DNA of 56,940 nt. Origin: Tolypothrix carrinoi HA7290-LM1 (GTDB lineage Bacteria > Cyanobacteriota > Cyanobacteriia > Cyanobacteriales > Nostocaceae). Shown piece by piece: positions 49,383 through 56,940 of the stretch. The notes below the pieces were generated by a model. That model ran no database searches, was not told the origin of the DNA, and saw only the letters and a program-made list of their open reading frames with translations. The stretch lies in contig JAHHIK010000052.1 of NCBI GenBank assembly GCA_019358935.1, forward strand, positions 1 to 56,940, read 5' to 3'. Every line of letters starts with the position of its first letter. The first letter of the stretch is position 1. Made by a program: the position numbers and the translations under genes.

Positions 49383-50666
49383 ATGCAAAACATCGAAGCG
49401 CAAGTAAACGAATATCTTCAAGTCCATACCAACAAATACTATTTTAGCGGTTCTGTTTTAATCGCCCAAAACGGTAATATTTTAATCAGTAAAGGGTATG
49501 GCATGGCAAATTATGAACTTGATGTTCCTAATACTCCTCAAACAAAATTCCGTATAGCCTCCATTACCAAACAGTTTACTGCAATGGCAATCATGCAATT
49601 GCAAGAAAAAAACTTGCTCAACGTCAACGATTCAATAATTAAACATATACCCGATTATCCAGAAACAGGTAAACAAATTACCATCCATCATTTATTAACT
49701 CATACATCAGGCATTCCTAATTTTACAAGTTTTCCTGATTATGAGCAAACTATGATGATACCTTCTTCTGTTGAAACAACCATTGCCAAATTTAAAGATA
49801 AACCCTTAGAATTTACTCCCGGAGAAAAATACAGCTACTGCAATTCTGGATATATTTTATTAGGCTACATCATCGAAAAGATTTCTGGCAAACTCTATGA
49901 AACTTATCTCCAAGAGAATATTTTCCAACCTTTGGAGATGAAAAATACTGGATATGACCATTACAGTAACATAATTAAAAATCGCGCTTCTGGTTACTAT
50001 ATGACTGGTAATGGGTCAATAAATGCAGCTTATGTCGATACGTCTATTGGTTTTAGTGCAGGTGCTTTGTACTCCACAGTTGAAGATTTATATTTGTGGG
50101 ATAGAGCATTATATACTGAAAAAATCGTCAGTAAAGCTTCTTTAGATAATGCTTTTACTTGTTTTCTAGAAAACTATGGCTATGGTTGGCTTATAACAGA
50201 AGTATTCAATCATAAAGTTGTCGGTCATGGTGGCGCAATTAATGGTTTTGTTACAAATATCGACAGATATATTAATGATGATACTTGTATCATTGTGTTG
50301 TGCAATAATGGATTTTCAATGATTAATGTAATTAGTCAAGACTTAGCCGCAATTGTTTTTGGAGAAAAATATGAACTACCATTAGAAAGAACTGCGATAA
50401 AAGTTGACCCCAAAATATATGATGCTTATATTGGAGAATATGAACTAGCTCCTAACTTCATCATTACAATTACCAAAGAAAATGACCAAATTTTTGCTCA
50501 AGCTACTGCACAATCTAAAGTTGAAATCTACCCAGAATCAGAAACGGAATTTTTCTACACGCTAGTTTATGCCCAAATAACCTTTGTCAAAAATGACAAA
50601 GGAGAAGTGACAGAGTTAATTCTGCACCAAAATGGACAAGAAATGCCTGCTAAAAAGATTAACTAA
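49383..50666 (+). CDS. Serine hydrolase, class C beta-lactamase fold, C-terminal DUF3471-like domain
   Basis: FRIASITK (SxxK), YSYCN, HGG; YDAYIGEYELAP tail. Confidence 0.92.
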   Translation: MQNIEAQVNEYLQVHTNKYYFSGSVLIAQNGNILISKGYGMANYELDVPNTPQTKFRIASITKQFTAMAIMQLQEKNLLNVNDSIIKHIPDYPETGKQITIHHLLTHTSGIPNFTSFPDYEQTMMIPSSVETTIAKFKDKPLEFTPGEKYSYCNSGYILLGYIIEKISGKLYETYLQENIFQPLEMKNTGYDHYSNIIKNRASGYYMTGNGSINAAYVDTSIGFSAGALYSTVEDLYLWDRALYTEKIVSKASLDNAFTCFLENYGYGWLITEVFNHKVVGHGGAINGFVTNIDRYINDDTCIIVLCNNGFSMINVISQDLAAIVFGEKYELPLERTAIKVDPKIYDAYIGEYELAPNFIITITKENDQIFAQATAQSKVEIYPESETEFFYTLVYAQITFVKNDKGEVTELILHQNGQEMPAKKIN

Positions 50667-50802
50667 GTATTAACATTTACCTTAAGCAGTTTCACGGATC
50701 TCAGATGGTTTCTTGCCCAGATATAACATAATTAAATTACCATCTTTAATGATGGTTGGGGATGTCCTACTGTAGCGTGCCTATAAGCTGTGCCTGTAAA
50801 CT

Positions 50803-52191
50803 ATGGAACTTTTGCTGACAACTTATGATTCTGCTCTCTTCAACAAAATCGGCTTCTATGTTGGTCAAGCAATTATTGCCATTCAAGACAAGCAACCAGA
50901 ATTATTACAGGAAAAATATAGAAACGTATCTTGGAACAGTCGCCATCAATCTAGTTTAACAGCAAAATTAACCGAAATACTTCGCCCAAGTGACGACTGG
51001 GACACATTAATTAAAAAATTGCAAGGATTTCTAAAAGTTTTATTAATTCCTGAATCCTTCAACTCACCAATATTAATAAAATTAATTGAAGAAATTCGTC
51101 TACTAAATCCTGCAAAACTTGAGTTAAATGGTTCAAGCAGCCATAGCACAGTTACTAATGGCTCTTTACCGCAAACAAAAATAGCAGTTTTACTTTTAGA
51201 TGCAGAAAACCTACAAATCAACGCCGATACTGAACAATTCTTAACAACAGTTTGTACTTGCCCAATTCAAGTTAAAATTGCCTTTGCCAATTGGCGCAGC
51301 ATGGGTAAACTAGATGTTGAATTTCATCAGCGTGGTTACGACTTGATTCATGTCCCCGCCGGGAGAGACAATGCTGATGGAAAAATGATCGCCTTTGGCT
51401 CATCAATTCATGAGCATTACCCAAAAGCGAAGGAAGTTTTAGTTTGTTCGTCAGATACGGTGATGACTAACCTGTGCAACCATCTTCAGCAAAATGGATT
51501 AACAGTGTATCGGGTTAGCAAGCAAGGAAATAATATAACAGTATTTAATATCTCTACAGGCAAAAAGGATAATTCTTCTCTGAATATATTACCAAAAATA
51601 CCAACACTTGAACAGTTTATTCATCAAATAAAAGAGTTAATCAAAATAGAACAAAAGCGGACTAAAAACTGTTGGGTAAAACTTGCTACTCTTTCTCAAA
51701 TGTTTAAAGACAAATACCAATTAACTATCAGTCAAGTTGTCTCTCAACATCTCCCAGGTAAAAAGGCAAGAGATATTTTTGTTAATTATCCCACCGAGTT
51801 TGTAGTTCACCAAATGAGTGAGCAGTCTGAATTATATGTAACGCTGTTTGAAATAAATCAAGTGCAGCAACTAGATAGCAGCAATGACGATATTCAACAA
51901 ACTAATGTAGCATCATTATCAAGCATTAATTCAAACACAGATTTGGAACAAGCGCTGAAGAATATTATAAAAAAGTTAACTACTCAATCTTCTAATAGCT
52001 ACATTTGCATTGGAATTTTAGGTAGCAAATTTCGTCAACAATATGGTAAATCGATTACTGAGCAAATCAAATCTTTGCATCTAAATGATAATTTTATTAA
52101 ATTTTTACAATCATGCGATTCTTTTGAGCTACAAAAAAAAGGCGATCGCTGGCATGTAGCACTACGTCAAGCTAAGAGTGTTACAGCTTAG
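50803..52191 (+). CDS. NYN-domain protein with C-terminal OST-HTH/LOTUS-like domains
   Basis: LLLDAEN, DNADGKM, CSSD; LGSKFRQQYG-type HTH. Confidence 0.82.
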   Translation: MELLLTTYDSALFNKIGFYVGQAIIAIQDKQPELLQEKYRNVSWNSRHQSSLTAKLTEILRPSDDWDTLIKKLQGFLKVLLIPESFNSPILIKLIEEIRLLNPAKLELNGSSSHSTVTNGSLPQTKIAVLLLDAENLQINADTEQFLTTVCTCPIQVKIAFANWRSMGKLDVEFHQRGYDLIHVPAGRDNADGKMIAFGSSIHEHYPKAKEVLVCSSDTVMTNLCNHLQQNGLTVYRVSKQGNNITVFNISTGKKDNSSLNILPKIPTLEQFIHQIKELIKIEQKRTKNCWVKLATLSQMFKDKYQLTISQVVSQHLPGKKARDIFVNYPTEFVVHQMSEQSELYVTLFEINQVQQLDSSNDDIQQTNVASLSSINSNTDLEQALKNIIKKLTTQSSNSYICIGILGSKFRQQYGKSITEQIKSLHLNDNFIKFLQSCDSFELQKKGDRWHVALRQAKSVTA

Positions 52192-52305
52192 GACAAAATT
52201 CCACGCATTTCATGAGCATTCACTCTGCGCTACTCTGCGCTTACCTTCGCGTCCCTCTGCGTTTAAAAACGTACTCGTACTGTACTTAGTCTCTTGATTA
52301 TGTAT

Positions 52306-52323
52306 GATGTAAATAAATGTAAA
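52306..52323 (-). promoter_or_regulatory. HLR1-like (RpaB) direct repeat upstream of hppD
   Basis: Minus strand TTTACATT-TA-TTTACATC (15/16 to consensus). Confidence 0.5.
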
Positions 52324-52551
52324 GAACACAATGCATGATAAAGTCATTGTCGGTGCGTTGGCAAAGCCACTCCCTTGGAGTATCGCGCCACATTAAAGAG
52401 CGCCTTAACTTGCTTTCCTGGCATCTTATGTTTTTTTAGGTCAAAAACAAAGCTGATTATACTTAATTCTAGCTTAGGAAAGACCTGAAAATCCAGCAAA
52501 AAAGGCAAAATCTACAGACAGATAAGCTATTGCGCTGGATTTTCCTAGTTT

Positions 52552-53697
52552 ATGAAAATAGATCACGTTCACTTCTATGTAAAAGATGCGCTCGTCTGGC
52601 AAGACTGGTTTGTAAGTCATCTTGGCTTTCAAGCGGTAACGGATTATATAATGCCCTTAACCCTGACATCAAGCAACGAGTACGGATCGTTTCACACTTG
52701 TACAAAAGTAGTCAAAAGTGGTGCCGTCTGCTTTTTGCTGTCTTCACCACTGTTACCCACAAGTCCAGTAGCTGAGTTTTTGCGTCAGCACCCCCCTGGA
52801 GTGGCAGATGTCGCTTTTGCTGTCGAAGATGTGGAAGCTGCGATCGCCCTCGCTACACAACACAATGCCAAAATCATACAACCGATTCAGCAATACCAAC
52901 AAAGTCAAGAATACATCAAGTGGGGCAAAATCTCCGCTTGGGGTTCTTTGACTCATACTTTGATAGAAAGGGGAAGAGGGGGACTTGGGGGACAAGGAGG
53001 ACAAGGAGGACTTGGGGGACAAGGAGGAATTTCTTCCACATCTCCCTCATCTCCCTCATCTCCCTCCTCTCCCACTCCCCCCCTCCCCTCGATCACCGCT
53101 ATAGATCACATCGTCCTAAACGTGGCAGCGGGTGATTTAGAACGTGCTGTGGCTTGGTATGAAGAGGTTCTCGATTTTCAACCGCAGCAGGCGTTTAAAA
53201 TTAAAACCGATCGCTCTGCTTTGCACAGCCGAGTTATGCTTTCACGTAATGGCAGCGTGCAATTGCCAATTAATGAACCTGCTTCAACTCATTCTCAGAT
53301 TCAAGAGTTTTTGGATGTCAACAAAGGAGCGGGAATTCAACATATCGCTTTGCAAACGCCGAATATTGTGGATGCGATCGCTCTTTTTCGGCAGAGTGGT
53401 TTATCCTTACTTCCAGTGCCTCAAAGCTATTACTCGCAGCTAACACAGCGACAAGGACTGCCTTTATCAACTTTAGAACTTGAGGCGGTGCGAGCGCAGG
53501 AAATTTTGGTAGATTGGAGAGAAGATACTCAAAAAGCAGTACTGCTACAAATTTTTACCCAGCCAATTTTCGGACAGCCCACCTTTTTCTTTGAGTTTAT
53601 CGAACGCCGTTCGCAAGCTCAAGGTTTTGGTGAAGGTAACTTTCGCGCTTTGTTTGAAGCGATTGAAAACGAACAAATCAAACGCGGTAGCCTTTAA
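52552..53697 (+). CDS. hppD: 4-hydroxyphenylpyruvate dioxygenase (with in-frame STRR-derived insertion ~52968-53090)
   Basis: IDHIVLNV, PINEP, QIQEF..GIQHIA, LLQIFT, FFEFIER, GFGEGNF. Confidence 0.96.
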   Translation: MKIDHVHFYVKDALVWQDWFVSHLGFQAVTDYIMPLTLTSSNEYGSFHTCTKVVKSGAVCFLLSSPLLPTSPVAEFLRQHPPGVADVAFAVEDVEAAIALATQHNAKIIQPIQQYQQSQEYIKWGKISAWGSLTHTLIERGRGGLGGQGGQGGLGGQGGISSTSPSSPSSPSSPTPPLPSITAIDHIVLNVAAGDLERAVAWYEEVLDFQPQQAFKIKTDRSALHSRVMLSRNGSVQLPINEPASTHSQIQEFLDVNKGAGIQHIALQTPNIVDAIALFRQSGLSLLPVPQSYYSQLTQRQGLPLSTLELEAVRAQEILVDWREDTQKAVLLQIFTQPIFGQPTFFFEFIERRSQAQGFGEGNFRALFEAIENEQIKRGSL

Positions 53698-53804
53698 TTA
53701 TTTTCGGGCTAAGATTAATAATTCAAAATTCACGCATCAAATATTTCAATTGAAAAGACAATACGATTTAAGTTAGTCTGTAAATAAAATTTACATTTTC
53801 CTAA

Positions 53805-54491
53805 ATGTTAAGACTAATTACAGACTTTGACGGTCCGATTATTGATGTTTCCCAACGGTACTACCGCGTTTATCAATTCTGTCTGGAGAAAACACTTCGC
53901 CCAAACCAAGCAGTACAAGAACTTACTAAAGCGGAATTTTGGCAATTGAAGCGATCGCGCGTTCCGGAAAAACAAATTGCCTTAAATTCCGGTTTGGACG
54001 AAGTGCAAGCACAAGAATTTGCTCAGTTGCGGCGGCAAACCGTGCATACAGAGCCTTACTTTGATTATGATACTCTTGCCCCAGGCGCTGTGGAAGCACT
54101 TATAAAAATTCAACAAGCTGGTATAGATTTGGCGGTGATGACAATGCGCCGATTTAAAGAACTTGACTATGCCTTTAAAAAACACGATTTAGGCAGGTTT
54201 TTCCCGGAAAATCGTTGTTATTGCCTAACCAACGACTACGTTAAAACCCGCGACATTGATGATAAACCTTTACTGATGGAACGGGCAATAGCAGAACTAC
54301 CAACCGCTGCTGATACTTGGATGGTGGGGGATACAGAAGCCGACATCACCGCCGCTAAAAATCACGGTGTCAAGGTGATGGCTGTAGAGTGTGGCATCCG
54401 CGATCGCTCCCAATTGGCACAATACAACCCTGACTTAATTGTCAAGGATTTGAGCGCGGCTGTGGATTTTGTTTTAGCATCCGGCAATTGA
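53805..54491 (+). CDS. HAD-superfamily hydrolase
   Basis: DFDGP, WMVGDTEADI. Confidence 0.92.
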   Translation: MLRLITDFDGPIIDVSQRYYRVYQFCLEKTLRPNQAVQELTKAEFWQLKRSRVPEKQIALNSGLDEVQAQEFAQLRRQTVHTEPYFDYDTLAPGAVEALIKIQQAGIDLAVMTMRRFKELDYAFKKHDLGRFFPENRCYCLTNDYVKTRDIDDKPLLMERAIAELPTAADTWMVGDTEADITAAKNHGVKVMAVECGIRDRSQLAQYNPDLIVKDLSAAVDFVLASGN

Positions 54492-54614
54492 ATAAATTGG
54501 TCAGCCCTGTATTGGAATAACTTTGAAGGCAAGTGCGGATCTCGGTTGTCCGGCTGACCAATTCCACCCTTTGCATAACCCCAAAGAGCGATCGGCATCA
54601 AACAGCAAGCACGC

Positions 54615-55241
54615 TTAACGCAGAAAGCTGCTAATCAACCACAACAATATAAACGTCAGCACAGTAGAAAACTGATTTGCCGTCATACTGATAAATGTCA
54701 TTTGCGGCACAAGCAACCCAGCAACTAGTCCCCCAGTAATTAAACCTACTATTAAGCCGAGCAGAGTCAACAAAACTGCTCGACCAAACTTGCCTTCTTT
54801 GCGATTGAGAAAGTAAATACCTATACCAACACCTAGCACCAATGCCAATTGTAAAACCTGATCGCCCCCGGCTTGGTAAAACACACTAATAGCACTCAAA
54901 CCCAGATACCAAGCTCCAGGTAACAACACATCTCGAGGCGTTGGTTTATCAATGATTCGTTGCAGCCAAGCGTTTGAAAGTTCGCTCTTGGTGGGACTTT
55001 CTTTCGCAGGTGCTTGGACGAGGCGTTCAGGAAACCGAATGCGTTCTGGTACTTTGATTTTACCTTCTTGGCGCATCCGCAAGCGATCCATTAAAATCGC
55101 ATCGTAAGCCACGTTAATCATTTCTAGACGCTTTGTATCGCCACTGTATTGCTCCAACAGGCGATTGCGAGCGTCTTGAATTTCATCGAAGCTAGCATCT
55201 TCAGATACCCCAAGTTTTTCGTAGGGATTTTGATCGCTCAT
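54615..55241 (-). CDS. CPP1-like J-like membrane protein (DUF3353)
   Basis: NPYEKLGVSEDASFDEIQ..AYDAILMDRLRMRQEGKIKV; C-terminal TMs. Confidence 0.88.
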   Translation of the reverse strand: MSDQNPYEKLGVSEDASFDEIQDARNRLLEQYSGDTKRLEMINVAYDAILMDRLRMRQEGKIKVPERIRFPERLVQAPAKESPTKSELSNAWLQRIIDKPTPRDVLLPGAWYLGLSAISVFYQAGGDQVLQLALVLGVGIGIYFLNRKEGKFGRAVLLTLLGLIVGLITGGLVAGLLVPQMTFISMTANQFSTVLTFILLWLISSFLR

Positions 55242-55925
55242 GGGAGTTTATTACGTATAGCCTTAGTTGGCAGCAGCCTTTTTTTGAAGGAAAAACGGTT
55301 CTTTAGGTTTTATCTCGGTCGATTATATTTCGCTCGATTGTTGCCCTACCAGGATAGTAGCACTCAAGAGCGATATTATCGACCTGGGAAATTTAACTAT
55401 AGTAACTTTAACATATTGTTATAACTCAGTGTATCCCCTCATGTCGTTGCCCAGTTCTAGCTCTAATCTGGAGTTTAAGCGAAAAATACCTAAAAGGCAT
55501 CCTTGATGAAAAAATTAACTTTTCTGTTTCGGATTTTGCATCTCACCATACCTTGACATTTTAAATAATTAGTTTGCTTTTGGCTTGTGGCATTGAGCTG
55601 CATATCGATTTAAAATTGAAGCGTTTTAAAAACAAGCGCAACCTTTAATCACAAAAGTGTCCCATTAGCACCCAAATCGTGCAGAATGCGGGTCACGTCT
55701 GCTTACTGGACACAAATAACTTGACAATTTCAACATCTGTTCGGTGCAACACTGGCAGTCTCCAAAATATTCGCGTTCTAATTGTCCAGAATCCTGATTA
55801 CACTATTACTTGGGCGATCGCTCAATTAATACCTTAAACTTGTAGATTGTTATTACCCCCGTGAAAGCACGCTTTTACGCGGCGACCTTTATTAATCCTA
55901 TGAATTTTTGTGCAAAGTGATGGTC

Positions 55926-56642
55926 ATGGCTCCTGCCAAAGTTCTTGTAGTTGATGACGACCCTGCGGTTCGTAATTTAATTCAACGCTTTCTGATTAAG
56001 CAGAGCTATCAGGTAGAGGCTGCCGAAGACGGTAAGACTGCCATAGCTTTATTTGAGCAATTTAACCCAGATTTGGTGATTCTAGATGTGAATTTACCTG
56101 ATGTAATTGGGTTTAACCTCTGCCAAGAGATGCAAAGCCGTAACGGTGTTTTTGTTCTCATGCTGACTAGCCGTGCAGACGAAGCTGACAAGATTCGCGG
56201 CTTTGCTAAAGGTGCTGATGACTATCTCACCAAACCATTTGGTCTGGGAGAACTAGAAGTCAGAGTAGCAGCCATTTTGCGGCGTCAGCGGGTTGTTACC
56301 ACAGCAGAACAGAAACGCCTGGTATTTGAAAAACTGATGATCGATCCAGTACGCCGAGAGGTAACACTTAACACCCAACCAGTACTTTTAACTGCTCTAG
56401 AATTTGACTTATTGCATTTTTTAGCCAGCCATCCCGGTCGAGTTTGGCGACGAGCCGAACTCATCCAAGAGGTATGGGACTATGAATACGTCGGCGATCA
56501 GCGCGTTGTGGATGTGCATATCGGTCAAATTCGCAAGAAGATTGAAGCCGATGCTAGTCAGCCAGCACTAATCCAGACTGTACGTGGCGTAGGATATAAA
56601 TTTGAATGTCCTACTCAACCGCAGTCTGATAGCAAGTCCTGA
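55926..56642 (+). CDS. OmpR-family response regulator
   Basis: VLVVDDD, DVNLPD, KPF, RVVDVHIGQIRKK, TVRGVGY. Confidence 0.95.
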   Translation: MAPAKVLVVDDDPAVRNLIQRFLIKQSYQVEAAEDGKTAIALFEQFNPDLVILDVNLPDVIGFNLCQEMQSRNGVFVLMLTSRADEADKIRGFAKGADDYLTKPFGLGELEVRVAAILRRQRVVTTAEQKRLVFEKLMIDPVRREVTLNTQPVLLTALEFDLLHFLASHPGRVWRRAELIQEVWDYEYVGDQRVVDVHIGQIRKKIEADASQPALIQTVRGVGYKFECPTQPQSDSKS

Positions 56643-56643
56643 A

Positions 56644-56677
56644 TCAAGAGTCTTGAGTTTTTTGACTCTTGACTTTT
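56644..56677 (+). terminator. Hairpin after the response regulator
   Basis: TCAAGAGTC...GACTCTTGA followed by CTTTT. Confidence 0.5.
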
Positions 56678-56849
56678 GATGCTAAAAAGCGTGAATTTCT
56701 TTGGTATCAACAGCGTTCATTCACACGGCAAACGCCCAAAGATACGCCATTGATGTATTTACCACACAACTTGTGCTCTTACTGCTTTTGAAAATCTTGA
56801 TTTCAAGTTTAAATAGGGTTAGTTGCTGTTCGCTAATATCTGGACAAGC

Positions 56850-56940
56850 CTACCCATCATTTCCCGTTTGTCCAGCTATCAACCGTTCAACGTATTCTCT
56901 AAGCCGTTTTTGCCAGTTAGGAACGGCTTTCAATTTGTCT
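56850..56940 (-). CDS. C-terminus of a small hypothetical (possibly RHH-like) protein, truncated by window edge
   Basis: Manual translation DKLKAVPNWQKRLREYVERLIAGQTGNDG*. Confidence 0.5.
   Translation of the reverse strand, partial: DKLKAVPNWQKRLREYVERLIAGQTGNDG

Noticed and set aside
53780..53796. NtcA site upstream of the HAD gene
   Set aside because: GTA-N9-TAC rather than GTA-N8-TAC
365..56191. Numerous short antisense or overlapping ORFs in the six-frame track
   Set aside because: They overlap well-supported genes or repeats and show no recognisable motifs
55926..56642. Assigning a specific name (e.g. srrA or rpaB) to the response regulator
   Set aside because: Cannot distinguish orthology without a database search

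Overview
The window is from a cyanobacterium, most likely a heterocystous Nostocales strain, judged from abundant HIP1 GCGATCGC sites, STRR-type heptamer arrays and the photosynthetic genes. The left part (1-25.6 kb) holds an IS630 end, an OmpR/BaeS two-component pair, ubiD, and an iron-stress operon (isiA-like, isiA-psaL fusion, flavodoxin, isiC-like). Back-to-back with that operon is a Pho-box-preceded pstSCAB operon, followed by two large RTX-tailed phospho-esterases (a GDPD/phytase-like esterase and an EEP + esterase + beta-propeller phytase). The middle (25.6-36.4 kb) is a recombination-scarred accessory zone. It holds a STAND-like ATPase, a hypervariable TPR gene and a DUF2281/MazF toxin-antitoxin pair in tandem, an integrase remnant, 21-bp and 141-bp tandem arrays, an Rpn/DUF4351 gene with an internal RBS, and a Uma2 gene carrying a 192-bp in-frame nested-repeat insertion. 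It also holds orphan copies of the phytase 3' end joined at HIP1 sites to remnants of iron-uptake genes. The right part has a type I secretion system and a duplicated SDR gene whose second copy is split by a TnpA-less IS200/IS605-type element (RHH-like gene + catalytically intact TnpB with an apparent CTG start), then housekeeping genes (hppD, HAD, CPP1-like, response regulator). Most notable: (1) the intact SDR paralog 2 kb away is the empty-site target of the TnpB guide but carries synonymous seed mismatches, with divergence piled up right at the target; (2) the ATPase-TPR-TA cluster looks like a split NLR-like defence system; (3) rearrangement breakpoints fall on HIP1.
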